A stretch of 64,000 nucleotides of DNA from Felis catus (GCF_018350175.1 NC_058373.1:106394001-106458000), one strand, 5' to 3'; shown: positions 24,504 to 37,832, counted from the first letter of the stretch. Made by a program: numbers and translations. The notes: generated by a model from the sequence alone, not told the origin.

Positions 24504-25277
24504 CTGTTCCAGAAGATGGGGGAGTGACAGATCCTGGGCTGTCATCTTCAGGCTCTGAGACGGTGACTGTGGGGACTGTATCAGGACTTGGTTTCAGACA
24601 GATATCTTGCTTCTCGGGGGTCTTCTCTTGGGCCACAGTTTCAACAGAAGGTTCGATCTCAGTGAGTGTGATTTTGACGGGGGCAGTGATCAGAGGAGCA
24701 CTGTGCTGCTCTTCAGAGAGATCATCTACGTAAGGTGCAAATGTTGGTTCTTCAAATAAATGGTCCTTGAGGATTTTTCCCTCCACAGGAGCTGGTTTCT
24801 CCGGTTCACGGGCCTCTTCAGATTTTGTTGTGATTTCAATGTCCTTATTCTTAAAGTCCAAGCCTTTCTCTTCCAAGTTGGGGTGACACTGCTCCTGATA
24901 CTTCACTTCCTCTGGCCTGGTTATGTCAATGTACTTATAGGCTTCTGCTTTCATCTGGTCTAGGGGGTCTGCTAAGATCTTGTTCACTTCAGTGGACTCT
25001 GCAGGAGTCATCTCTATTCCAGAATCAGAACTAAATAAGCCACGAGGCTCTGTCCCAGGCACATCTGGTAAGGAGGGCCCAGGGGTACTCAACTCCTCAG
25101 GGCTCTCTGAAGTGGTGACATGGCCATTTTCCTTCTGAAGAATTCCAGTGAAATATGTTGAATCCTCCCGAGGTGGGTAACAGATGTTGGAAATCAGAGA
25201 TGTGTAACACGATCCTTCTCCATCTTTTGATGCTGTTGAAAAGGTATGATCCGTGGCACTGGAGACATCTGCCGCAC
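24504..25277 (-). CDS. RTN1: Reticulon-1 (RTN1-A) coding exon 2, 774 nt, phase 1-1, disordered N-terminal region
   Basis: Acceptor ttttgattcatag|GT at 25278/25277 and donor GGAACAG|gtaagg at 24504/24503. Stop-free translation (G)AADVSSATDHTFSTASKDGEGSCYTSLIS...LFSSDSGIEMTPAESTEVNKILADPLDQMKAEAYKYIDITRP...SEPEDDSPGSVTPPSSGT is recognisable RTN1-A. Confidence 0.97.
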
Positions 25278-26374
25278 CTATGAATCAAAACAGCAGTAGA
25301 CAAGGAGTGGGTGTCTGGCTTCATTTCTCTCTCCTGCCTAACCCATCACCCACCCCGTCCTGTGGAGACATGGTATCCTTTCTCCTGAAGCCCTCGGAGT
25401 CCCCTCAGAGCACACTCGTGTTCATTTTCCTGGTCTCCCTCACAGCCCTCAGCACTGCTGTTTTCCGGGTGGCAGATCACACAGGTTCACAGAAGCTGCC
25501 ACACCAAGAGAAGTTGGGGACAGATCCCAGAGGACTAGAAAGCTGATTTTCAACATCTACTCTCTCAATATACAGTGACTTGGTCCTTCTTGGCCCTCTT
25601 AAGATCTCAAGTGTTAATGACTCCAGATAGAGCTGGAAATGTAGGCTGATTCGAGTTTGTAAATCCAACAATGGGATAGCCAAGTGGGGAGAGGGGCTGT
25701 TCTTGGAGACTCAGCGAGCTGGGAGAGGCCACAAGAGACCCTCTGGCCTGGCCCTTTCAGTCAGGGCCACTTGCTCCACCTGGATTTATGTTGTCCCTTC
25801 TCTTTTTAAAGGTCTTCAGAGAAAGGGACTCCCAGTTTTCCAATAGCCTCATCCCAAAGCAGTATCACCTTAATAAGCACTTCCCTATTTCTTCGGTTTT
25901 CCCCTCATTTTGTTTCCCTCCTTATTCACCCGCCTACTGCCCATCTTCTACCTCCCAGTGATATTCAAAGTGACCCACTGGGAATCTATTGGTTCCACTG
26001 GTGGTGCTAAGAACAAAGCAAATTTCTAAAGTTTGACTCAATGCAATGGTTTCACCTGGATTTCATGCCCATAAACCAGCCCAAAACTTCACTAATAGCA
26101 AGAAGAGGGGAAACCTCTGTAATTTTTCTTTGCTGTAAAATGCTGCCAGAGGGGGGAAAACCTAACATTTATTGAGGGCTTATCATGTGTTAAGCAGTGT
26201 GATTTTTACCTAATTCTCACAACTCTTTTATAAACTAAGCCCCACATTCCCAACACATCACACACATACATATGCACAAATATACACTAAACTCTTAGGA
26301 CACGCTGGAAGAATATTCCAGGGCACCAACTCATAAAAGTAAAAAAAGTAGTAGCAGTGATACAATAATACTAA

Positions 26375-26600
26375 TAGCTAATATCTGAACGCTTGCTATG
26401 CGTCAGAGAGAGTTCCAAGCTTTTAATTAATATTGATTCCTTTAATCATCAAAGCAATCCTGGAAGATAGGTACTATCATTAACTACGTTTTACAGATGA
26501 GGAAACAGAGGAACAGAGTGGCCAAATAACTCACCTAAGATCTCACAAAGAGAAGGTGGCCCAGCCAGGATTCAAATCCAGTAAGTCTCAAAGTCAGGGA
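26375..26600. mobile_element. MIR (others at about 930-1160, 2790-2970, 30360-30550, 36090-36330, 42680-43000, 50780-50920, 56560-56710, 58320-58520, 63170-63360, 63850-64000)
   Basis: Core ttttacagatgaggaaacagagg...aggattcaaatcca. Confidence 0.75.
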
Positions 26601-27371
26601 ACATCCCCTAACACCCTTTTTACCACCTTAAATCAATTTGTAGAATTTTCTTTGAAGTAATTTTCAGCCAGTTTTATCACAAATAAACTTGGCTTCTGTC
26701 TTCTCCTAGCTCTCTTCTTGGTTGCTTAAGCCACTGCTTGGGGAATGGAAAAACACAACGTCTCTAGCACCCCCCTGCCTCTGCACTTGCTGTTTTCCTT
26801 CCTGGGAGCTCTCTTCCCCCAGATACCTGCCTACCTGACCCCTTCACCACCAAGTCTGCTCAAAGGTCACCTTCATAAGGAAGATGACTCCAACCACCCT
26901 CTCTCAAATTGCAACCAGCCCTCACGTCCCAACTCCCTGGTGATCCTGTGCCTTCCTACCTTTCTCTCTACCTTTTCTTTTTCCTGTAACACTTGTCTCC
27001 TTCTAAAATACCACTTAATTAACCTATTTATTTATTACCTATTTATCGATTGTTGAAATATGCTCTATGAGAGCAGGAATCTTTGAATATTTGATTCATT
27101 GAGGCAGTCCAACACCTAGAAGAGGGCCTGGCACATAGTAAGTACTCAATAAATACTTGCAAAGTAAAAGAAGGTAATCTGAAGCTTAGAATCAAACACA
27201 AATAACACGATTGTGTGAGAAGACACGTTGGAAGATCCCCAAAGTTGATAATGATCCTCTATTGAGCAAGTGGCAGAATTTTGTGAAAAACAGACCAGTT
27301 CAAATCTGTATATTTTGGCAAAGCTCCTAATTGTACTTCCTTTACCCAAGGCAGCTCCTCTTTTCAAGTTA

Positions 27372-27372
27372 G

Positions 27373-27405
<33 letters not shown>
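27372..27405. repeat. (AAC)~11 microsatellite
   Basis: Direct reading. Confidence 0.95.
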
Positions 27406-27406
<1 letters not shown>

Positions 27407-28828
27407 AAAGCTCAATTACAGAAGGAATAATGGTAATGACGGACTTTATTACCGAAGCATACATACACCATTAAAGAAAAAGCTGTTAAAGTTAAATCCA
27501 TACGTGCACACATAACCTCTACCCTGAAGTATTTCAAAGCTTCTTTCATTATATGGGTTCAGCCTACATGTAGACCTCACCGGAGGCAGGAAATCAAACC
27601 TGAGGTATTTCACTACAGACATCTGGATCTGGGGATTGTCTGCCACAATTCTCTGGAAGCACTTCCATGCATTACTAAGTAATTGTTCGCCAGAAAGTAA
27701 GGAGGGGCTTGCCCATGGATATAAACAGTGTGGAGGTGTGGGCCGTGGGGACAAGGATGCTCTCCTGGAGAATATGCAGTAGGTGGTTTCCAGGACTGTG
27801 GCACAGTCATTGTCATTCAACTCCCACTTGACACTGTCACTGCAGGGGCCACCTCAGGGCTCCTGGCCCATAACGTCTATACCTGGCATGTTGCCCACGG
27901 TCTCCTGCCATCAGTTATCATACTACACACAGCTGTCAACAGCTCAGCCACTGGCCCCAGGGCTTTGCCCTGAATCACTGGATAATCCTTAAACTCTGCA
28001 GGCTGGCATTTGCGATGAGGTGAACGCCACATGGCCTCACTCACAGCCCTATCTCTACTGCTCCTCTCGCTGACCCTCCACTCCAGGCACACAAAACCCC
28101 TCACAGTCTCACACTTACTCCACCGGCTTTTCTAGACCTACCTTCCACGCACCAATTCAAACTCTGAGCTCTGGTTCATATAAAGTACCTATCACTTCTC
28201 CAACACTTCATCCTTCCAATCTTCACGTCCAAATCTCTGCCTTTTAGCCTCAAGCCATTAAAGATAAGTAGCTTTTAAATGCTTCATCCTCCATGATGAA
28301 TTTGCTGACCATACTGTCAGGACCTGACCCCTTCCTATATTCCTCCCTCCTCTTTCCTGTTGCAGCTAATTTATTCTGCTCCTATGGCATGTGTCCATGT
28401 TATGTCCTACTAACCTGTCACCTCCTGGAATTTGAGGCTCATGTCTTGCACACTATACTGCACATAGTAAGTGTCTGATACAAAATGAATAAACGGACCA
28501 ATCGATCAATGAGTAGACTTATTCTATGCAGCTCCTCAGAACAAATTACAACTGATGCAAGTTACAAAGAGGATGTTTTTAATCTATCATGTGAAAGAAC
28601 AGTCTAGAATTCCAGTTACTCAACAAGGGTATGGTCCTGCATCTTGGGAACAAGAGTGTTTTGATCCCTGTGGGCATCCAGATAGAGAGAGGCCCAGCAT
28701 CTGTCTAGGCAGGAGCAAGCATGTGGGCGGAAGTTGCTGAGACAAGTGCAGAAGTCCCTTCCACCTTTCTATGATTATTTATACTGACTGGCTGCCCCTG
28801 TCATCAGACACAACCTCCTCTACTTCTC

Positions 28829-29039
28829 TTTTTTATATTTATTTTTACTCTTTATTTATATTTTTGAGAGAGAGAGACAGAGTGTGAGCATTGGAGGGGC
28901 AGAGAGGGGGGTACACACAGAATCTGAAGCAGGCTCCAGGCTCCGAGCTGTCAGCACAGAGCCTGATGCGGGGCTTGAACTCACGGACTGCGAGGTCATG
29001 ACCTGAGCCACCCAACAGACTGAGCCACCCAGGTGCCCC
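28829..29039 (-). mobile_element. Can-SINE with a small internal deletion
   Basis: Head ...caggtgcccc; TSD tcctctacttct. Confidence 0.92.
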
Positions 29040-31155
29040 TCCTCTACTTCTTCCTTACCTGTAAAAGAGAATCAATATAATTTTCCCTGAGGTGATGCCA
29101 CAAAGAATAGGGGCTTCCCAGATGTACGTTGGTAATTAAGGGAATAGGATCTAGAGTGCATTTACATCATCTGCGAGTCTATAAACAGAATCAACAGTTA
29201 GGAAGAACTCCCACCCCTGAAATTCCTGGCCTACCAGCTCTGTCTTGCTTAAAGAGCCTGACATCAAATTGGAAGGACCCCCTTGCCACACCAACAAGAG
29301 GAGGAAGAATAAAGTCATTTGTATAAACCACACGTTTTAGGTGCGAACATGTCAGGACCCTTGTAAAAACAACAAATAATGTCCCCTTTTCTCAAACTGA
29401 GCTAAATACCCCGAAAGTTTCTCTAAGGTCTAACTTACTGAAATGCGTATGCATTATATAGTGCCTATCAGACAGAACTCTTGAAAACTGAAAGTCCTTC
29501 TAGACAGTAAATTATGTGAGGGCAGAGTCCTGTGGGACTATAGATCTGAGAAGTTGAACTGAGCCTCAAGGCTCAGGAAAGCCAATTAATTCTTGTCAGC
29601 GCTTCCTGTAGAGCTGGCAGATGTGAGAACTGAGGCAGAGAGCAAAAGCCAGTTGCCCTCAGTAGGAACGCTGTTAAATACAAATCCACCAAATAAAAGT
29701 GCTTTCCTTGTCTGGGCTAGAAATTACTACTTTCTTTATATAACCAAAGACTCCTTGGAACGTCTGACTTCCTCATTCTCTCCAGCTGTTTCCTTGGCCA
29801 TCTAGAAGTCTGACTTGCGTGGAGGCAGACGCACTTCGAGAGTCGATGTGAGGACCCACAGATGCTGTCTCGGGAGGCAGCTATACAGGAAGGCACAGCA
29901 AATTCACGACTTGGATGCATTTAAACGGGATTGACATTAAAATTTTCAATTTACAAGCAACTTTTCAGGAACGGGCTCACAATAAAAAAACCAAAGGATT
30001 CACAGGCCACTATTTCTAGCCAAAAGCTAAGAGGAAGAAGAATGAAAATAAGCTAAAACTATTGTCATTAAAGCACAGGTGGGAATCAAATTAGGCTTTT
30101 GCCTCCGTCCATGTCCTAGGTCACAAATACTAATCATGAGTTAGACAAATTCAGTAACTGCATAAAGGGTGGGTGTTTTGTTTTGTTTTATTTTATATTC
30201 TTAATCCTCTGGCGATACTAAGGAATGAGGTAGTAAAGATGGCTTGTGGAAGGTGGTTTTTACATTTCCCGAGGAAAGTTTCAATCCTAAAATCCTTCAG
30301 CTCCTAAACTCTGACTCCTCCTCACAGAATTGAGCTTAAGGGACTGGTGGCCTGCAGCTTAGTTTTGTATTGTGGCTCTACTACTATCTGTTGGGAGACT
30401 CTGTGGACGCCTCTCTGTGTGTCAGTTTGTTCATTTTGAAAATGGAGGCAGTAATAGCTCCTTTTGTATCAGGCTGTTACGAGGATTAGAGGACATAATG
30501 CACTTAGCTCTGTGCGTGGCACGGAGCACACACTCAATAAACGAGAGCTGTAGATTTGATTACTACCTCTATTTTCCAAAGAGGATACTAGCCATTTGCA
30601 ACACACTCCCATCTATTTATTAGTTTGGGTCTTTATCTGTAACGAGGTGTGATCAAGGTCTTACGGGCTAAGAGTTAAGTATAGCCAAATCACCCTTGTG
30701 TTGCACTCTGGGGTCTGCCTTAGATGCTAAAGTCCCCAGAGTGCAAGGCCACGGCTGTCCGCACAGCATCAGGAGCAGGTAGTGGTTCCTTTAGTACTTT
30801 CTAGTGATGCAAATGACATAGATCCTTTCATGGATGTGGTGATGACCGACTTGAATGTGAAAAGCTGAAACTTACCAAGACAATAGACAGTAAAGGAACA
30901 GAAGAATTCAGTGTCCAAGGATGAGCTTTCTCCCTTGTGACTAGAGCTCATTCTGACTCCTCAGGGTGAAGAGAAGGCGTTTATGGTTTAACGTAATACT
31001 TATTATATTCAATAAAGCCCCCCCCCCCCCTTACTGCTTTGAATGGAAACAGAGAGTGCCAGAAAGCAAGACTGATTATACCAAAAAGGTTTTCTGAGCA
31101 CAGAGGTAGATGTGCTCTATTAGAGAAACATCTGGTTTACCCTTCTCCCTGGATA

Positions 31156-31211
31156 AAAAACAAAAGAAAACAAAAGAAAACAAAAGAAAACAAAACAAAC
31201 AAAACAGAAAA
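31156..31211. repeat. (CAAAAGAAAA)3 and flanking A-rich repeat
   Basis: Direct reading. Confidence 0.85.
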
Positions 31212-32351
31212 CACCAATTATGGTTTGAATAGAGCCAATGCTTAACAGAGTTTAGGGATATTAGCCCTATTAATTGAGAAGTATATTTTTAAAAGGGGGG
31301 TATAATTAAAAAATTGTGATGACAGTGGGGGTGGAGAGAGAGATACACATTAAAATTCAAGACTTAAAGGCCAGAAGCACTGACCCAAAGTAAATCTGCA
31401 TTCCCTCTGCCCACAGTTGTCCGCCCTTAGGCTGCCGGTGTGATGGATGGCAGTAGCCTGCACCCGAGTTTAGGCTGTAAGGTTTTTTCCCTGAAACTCC
31501 CACTCATCTTTTCTGAGTGCGGAGATATCAGCAGGCCCACAGCACGGAGGCTGTGACACATTTGACAACAGAGCCATTTAAGAAGGATGAATATACCAGG
31601 GAGGCTGTAGGAGCCTCTATGTCACCTAGAAAATATTCTCCCTCTGAAGTTAAATGGCCTGTGATTTAACATGAAAAATGGGTGCTGAAAAATCCAGGTA
31701 CACCATTCTTTAAAAATTTATCTAGGTGATTAGTTACTAGAGTGAAAAAAGAAGACAAATGAGCCTGCATTCTCTAGCAAAAGACTCTAAGCCAAAGCTG
31801 ATGGCAAGTTTGGGGGTTTAAGAATATGAGTAACTACTCTTTCTTCCCCAATTTGCTGACTTATTGAAAGCTTGCTTGTCAGGATAATAGATTTAGCTGT
31901 TGAGACGGCAAAATTAATGTTTAATAAAAAATGATTCAGCAAGTTTTTGGTTTTGGTGGGGGTTGTTACATTCTTTTTTTTTTTTTTTTTTGTCATCTTC
32001 CTGTATGAAGAGCCAGGGTATGTACTGCCTGTGAGTTTTCACTTTAGCAGAAAATTCTGTTAGAGGAAAAATCCTGGCCTGGCAGACAAACCACTGTCTA
32101 AGTTTCTCTGACAGTTCTCAGCAGCGCCTTGGAAAACACAAAGCTGCAGAGCATGGAGATAAAACGGGACCAGAAATTCTGAAGAGCTTGGGGTGTGAGA
32201 TACATTTTTGCTTGCCATCCAAGGTAAAAATGCAATTCTGTGATCTTCCTTGGGGGGCAATCATTTTTGGAGGGAGAGAGGAAGTAAATATTTCTAATTT
32301 ACTTAGATCTTCAGAAAAGGTCCTTAAAACCCTACATAGACTTACCCTTGC

Positions 32352-32472
32352 CTTTTTTTAAAACAGCTTTATTGATTCATAATTCACAAACCATAAAATT
32401 CCCTCTTGAAGTGTACAATCAGCAGTTTTTATATATTCACTGAGTTATACAACCATTATCACTATCTAATCT
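32352..32472 (-). mobile_element. L1MB-like 3' end fragment
   Basis: acagctttattgattcataattcaca...agtgtacaatc...acaaccattatcactatctaat. Confidence 0.7.
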
Positions 32473-32702
32473 ACCCACCCAATTCAGATGCATTCTCCTC
32501 TTAATGCTATCAATACAGAGAAAGCTCTAAGTTACCCCTGCCATGTAAAGAATTCTCTTTGGAACATAAAAAAGAACTATCCTATCCTATTTATCGTTTG
32601 TTGATAGAATATTGCTCTTTGATTCCCAAGGAGGAAAATAATTGTTTTGGGTCACATTACTCCAATGCTATGTACACACAGGTAATAGGGAAAAAAAAGG
32701 TA

Positions 32703-32906
32703 GAGGCACCTGGGTGGCTCAGTCAGTTGAACGATTGACTTCGGCTCAGGTCATGATAGTAACGGTTCGTGAGTTTGAGCCCCACATCGGGCTCTCTGCT
32801 CTCAGCGCAGAGCCTGCTTTGGATCCTCTGTCCCCCTCTCTCTGACCCTCCCGTGCTCATGTTCTTTCTCTCTCAAAAAATAAACATTTAAAAAAGAAAA
32901 AAGAAA
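32703..32906 (+). mobile_element. Can-SINE
   Basis: gaggcacctgggtggctcagtcag head, A-rich tail. Confidence 0.92.
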
Positions 32907-33134
32907 GGTATACTATAACCTTGTACATTAATGGTTCATTTGCTCCCTCCCCCCACATAGAATCATCTAGCTAATCCCCATAATGCCTCTTACATGATCT
33001 TTCTCCCTTCCTTCCCACTCCATGGCCACCTCCTCAGTGAGACTCTAATCACCTTCCACTTGAATGACTGTGGCCAGTTCCTAAGTGTCTGGCTTCTGCC
33101 CTCACGTCTTCCATCCCCCACCTCTAGTCCCAGG

Positions 33135-34085
33135 TTTGTGGAAACAGACATCTGAAATAATTAGTAAACAATACGGCATAAAAAGAGCTAATCTCCCTAA
33201 TATATAATGAGTTCCTAGGAATCAAGAAGAAAAAGCCACCAATCCATTTACTTAATAATAGACAAAGGACAAGAATAAACACTTTGCACGGGAAAATCAA
33301 CATAAGTGACCCCGGAACATAAAAATACAAATTAAAACAAACTTAAAATAACATTTCTCCATTTTCAGATTGGGAAACACTCAAAAAAGTTTGGCAATAC
33401 ATTCTAGTGAGGCTGGGAGAAACAGGCATTCTCATACTGAGTGGAGGCTGGTAGGATTAGAATATGATATACCTCTAAGGAGGGCAATTTGGAGTGTCTA
33501 TCCATATTACAAATTCATTTACTCTTTGAACCAGCACTCTTACTTACAGAAGCTAGTCTATAGACATATTTGCACATGTGTAAAATAAATATGAACAAAG
33601 CTGTTCATCACAGCATAGTTTAAAGTGACAAAAATTGGAATTAAGTCAAATATTCATGAGCAGGGCTGGGTCAAACAAATTATATGCTTCTACACATAGA
33701 ATGCTGTGTGGTTGTATGAAGTAATGAAGACACTGTGCATGCACTGATACGGAAAGATTTCCAGAAAAATATTGCTAAGTGAAAAGTAAGGTGCAGAAAA
33801 TATGGTCTAGAAATAACTATGGATATACGGAATGATAAGTCTCTTGTAAGAAAAGGTGAAAATAAGAATATATATTTGCATTACAAGCATATATTTTGCA
33901 TAAAGAAACACTGGAAGAATTCATGAGAAATTATTTATTAACCATGGGGTTGGGACAGGACAGAGAGTAACAGAAGTAGAAGGAAGCCTTTTCATCGTGT
34001 CCTTCTTTTTAAAAACCATTTTCCTTTTTCCACAAAGTGAATGTATACTATTTAAAGTTTTAATTTCATTTTAAAACAAAGAAAA
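33135..34085 (+). mobile_element. Old L1M (L1ME/MC-like) 3' region
   Basis: Degenerate L1 3' motifs (gagggcaatttgg, ctttgaaccagcactc, atattgctaagtgaaaag). Confidence 0.7.
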
Positions 34086-34554
34086 CGAAAAACAACAGGA
34101 TTGCACAAGCTCTGATGGGAAGCCCCAACCCAGCTTCCTCCTTCCACATGACAGATGCTCAAAGGTGTGAAGACAAATATGTCCTCTCTGAGGTTCTCCT
34201 GGCTCAGGCTAACACTTTCTTCATTCTCTCCTTCACGTGTTCTGTTCTCTGCACACTGAGTTCCTAGGAGACACAGACTGCACCTTGTGCCTCATTGCTT
34301 CCCTCATGCTGTGCACACTTGCTAGCCAGCAAATAGATTTTATTTGGTAAATACTTATGGAGTGAATAAATATGTTTCCAGGTTCATCACACTGGTGGTT
34401 TCCATTGGGGAATGCACTGCAATATGTCCTTTTCCCTCTAAAATCTGAGTTGGACCTGAACATAAGCTGATGAATACAGGGTGGGACAGTGAGATAATTT
34501 CCCCTACCAGTTTTGATTCCCATGACTTAAACTTTCTATTTTTACTCACAAACT

Positions 34555-34776
34555 TTTTAATTTAATTTAATTTAATTTTAATCTCAGTATAGTTACCATA
34601 CAGTGTTATATTAGTTTCAGGTGTACAATAGAGTGATTCAGAAATTCCATACATCACTCGGTGCTCATCACAAGTGCACTCCTTCATCCCCATCCCCTAT
34701 TTCACCCATCCCGCCACCCTCCACCCCTCTGGTAACCGTTAATTTGTTCTCTACAGATAAGAGTCTGTTTCTTGAT
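34555..34776 (-). mobile_element. Short carnivore L1 3' end
   Basis: catacagtgttatattagtttcaggtgtacaa; TSD tcacaaactttt at 34546 and 34777. Confidence 0.85.
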
Positions 34777-34999
34777 TCACAAACTTTTACACCTGTTGCC
34801 CTGCACTATTGGCTCATGTTGCATCTGCAAGCTAACCAAAACCTGTGGGCATAAAAGTTGTTCTTTTGTTTCTAAATAACTGCATAATTTCAAAATACAC
34901 TTAACCCATAGCACTGGGTGTTTTCATAAGCTTGAAAGACATCAAATTCAGATGCAAGGAATTTTCATGATAATTGCCTATGACCTGCATCTATCATTA

Positions 35000-35404
35000 T
35001 TTAAAAATATAATTTATTGCCAAGTTGGCTAACATACAGTGAGTAAATTGTGCTCTTGGTTTTGGGGTAGATTCCCATGATTCATCACTTACGTACAACA
35101 CCCAGTGCTCATCCCAACAAGTGCCCTCCTCAATGCCCATCACCCACTTTCCCCTCTCCCCCCGCCCCTCCATCAACCCTCAGTTTGTTTTCTGTAGTAA
35201 GAGTCTCTTATGGTTTGCCTCCCTCCCTCTCTGTAACTATTTTTTTCCCTTTCCATTCCCCCATGGTCTTCTGTTAAGTTTCTAAAGTTCTAGATATGAG
35301 GGAAAACACAGGGTATCTGTCTTTCTCTGACTTATTTCACTTGGCATAATACCCTCCAGTTCTATCCCTGTTGCTGCAAATGGCAGGATTTCATTCTTTC
35401 TCAT
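35000..35404 (-). mobile_element. Carnivore/felid L1 3' end
   Basis: acaacacccagtgctcatcccaacaagtgccctcct...gcaaatggcaggatttcattctt; TSD ctgcatcta(t/c)catta. Confidence 0.88.
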
Positions 35405-36938
35405 CTGCATCTACCATTTAGAACACACTGAAGAAGACCCTAGGAATGGAATTTACCTCAGTTTGGCATAATCCACAAAATCAAGCTAATGCTGGCATTA
35501 GGGACTTCACATTAGAATATGTTTCATAAAGGGAAATGTACAGCCACAAAGCATAGGGCTGTCCCTGTAGGGCTGCCTGCCACCAGTCCATACTGTGTCT
35601 TGATGGAAAAAAAAAAAAAGGATATCCTTCTTCTGGTGGACACAGACCTGTGACGCAGGCTTGCATCCTCTGCTGAAGGTCTTGGGTTTTGTGCCAGTGT
35701 GGAGAACTGATCATAGGTCGCATAGGTCACTGGGATCTAAGACAACGTCATGTCCCGCTTTGAGAGGTACGTAAGGAAGGACAAATGAGGATGACAACGG
35801 AGGGATAATTCTGTTAGAAAGATGACGTGGCATGTGATGTGTCATGACGCGGTAGGAAGTCTGTTATGCCACGGTATGGTGTGGTGCGCAGTGCTGTGCT
35901 GTGGTACACGGCGGCGTGACATGACGACAAGACAGGACATGGCGTGTGGTGTGGTGGGCTTCAGGGTATGGCGTTTTGTGACAGAAAAATCACAGGCGTC
36001 AAGAGGACCTGGAGCTCCATTTTCGTCGAGTTACTGATCTTTAATGTCATTAAACTCTCGGGAAAAGAGGAAGGTCACAACAACGACGAACATGTAAGTT
36101 ACATGCTTACTATGCTATGCTCCAAACAAGATAATTACACAGATTATCTCATTTCCAGCTTCAACAGTTTATGAGACATTTTTTAAATCACACTCATGCT
36201 ATTGAAGAAGATATCGAAACTTCGAGAGGTTAAGGAACTTGCTCTGAGGAACACAACCAGAAATGGCAGGACCAAAAGTTGGATTCAGGGCAATCGGACT
36301 GCAAAGCAGATGCTATTAGCACTATTCTCAGAATTGCAGATTAAAGTAGACTAAACAGTTTGTGGCTGGCTTCCGAAGCAAAGCTAGATGGATCTGATTT
36401 GGAGTCACGTCATAGCTAATAATGCAGTAGAGTGGGAAGAAACTGTCTTGCACAACCTGCACAAAGTAGACTTCAATGGCTGATCAATGTTCTTTTCTTA
36501 CATAAATTGTTAAGTGGTTGTGGCAAGAAAGTGTGTGTTCTAGAACTCATGATTTAACTGAGAGTGTATCAAAGTGGATTTTAAAAACTCTTAAACTGAC
36601 TGCCTTTTTGAGGTACCTGGGTACAAGGAAGACTTCTGTTTTGAAATGTTAATATTTTGAAATATTTTATTTTCAATATTATCATTACTTGTCATTTTGC
36701 CTTTATACAGCATTTCTTCTTCCTCGAGTTTTCAAAATCTAACTCCTATATTTTGGTAGTCATGGAATATTTGAAATGTAATTTTGTGTTTGGAGCATTG
36801 TTGATTTCAAACATAATCTAATATTGGAATGCATCTTATAAAACAGAAATAGGTGAATGACATCTTGGGGCAAATTAGCTTCAAACTGGAATTTGGGGCA
36901 CATCACTTGGTAGACTCAAAGGCAAATCTTTTGACTTT

Positions 36939-36988
36939 TACACACACACACACACACGCGCGCGCGCGCGTGTGCACATGTGTACACA
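36939..36988. repeat. Compound (CA)n(CG)7(TG) alternating purine-pyrimidine tract
   Basis: tacacacacacacacacacgcgcgcgcgcgcgtgtgcacatgtgtacaca. Confidence 0.95.
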
Positions 36989-37832
36989 AGTACACAAACA
37001 CACACAGAGTCAAGATCAAAATATATAGAGAAAATGTATTCTACTAGGTGTACAGAAAATAGACCCCAGAGGTAGCCGTACTAACCAAGGGAAGTGACAA
37101 GAAAGATTAATGTCCTTTATCAACAACAGCATCCATTTTGCTCCCCTGAGCTATCTGATCTATGGGCTGAGGTAAACTGTGTGTTTAAAGCAAGACAATA
37201 ACTCAGCCATTGAGGTGCCAAAGTTTGGGCGTATTGATCCAAGTGGCTCTCAGTGCTAAGTCAGGAAACTCTATCAACATTTCTTTTCTTCCCACTTTCT
37301 TTCCTTTTAACCCCAGGAAGAAAAGGACAATAAACAATAAGCAATCAATTAAAAAAACACGCATAATCTCTGACATTCATCCAAAATTTCAATCACCTGA
37401 ACATTCTAAGGGGCAACTAGAATATTGCATTTTTCTAGTACAAACTACCTAAATGATGATCATAAAAATACTTTGTTTTTTAGGAATTTGGAGAAGGACC
37501 GCTACTGAAAGGATAGCAAGACTTGCTCCGGGGCTTTGAAAATAGGTATGATTTTAGAGAGGCAGAGGGAAGCAGTTAGAGGTTATCTCCGGGGCAGAAA
37601 TAATAGCAAAGTCAAAGGCAAAATAATGAGTTGGAAAGAATCCCGACTCCAACAGGAGGGATTCCTTGGGAAGCAGAGGGAATTCAGGCCAGAAGGGGTA
37701 GCTGGGAAGATGGAGCCAGCATGAGGACTTTAAAAAGTGGTGGGGAACAAGGACCCAGTGATTTTTCTAGTTCAAAAATAGCTTCCACAATGGCAGCATA
37801 TACATTTGGGGTCATGTCAAATAAATGTGTGA

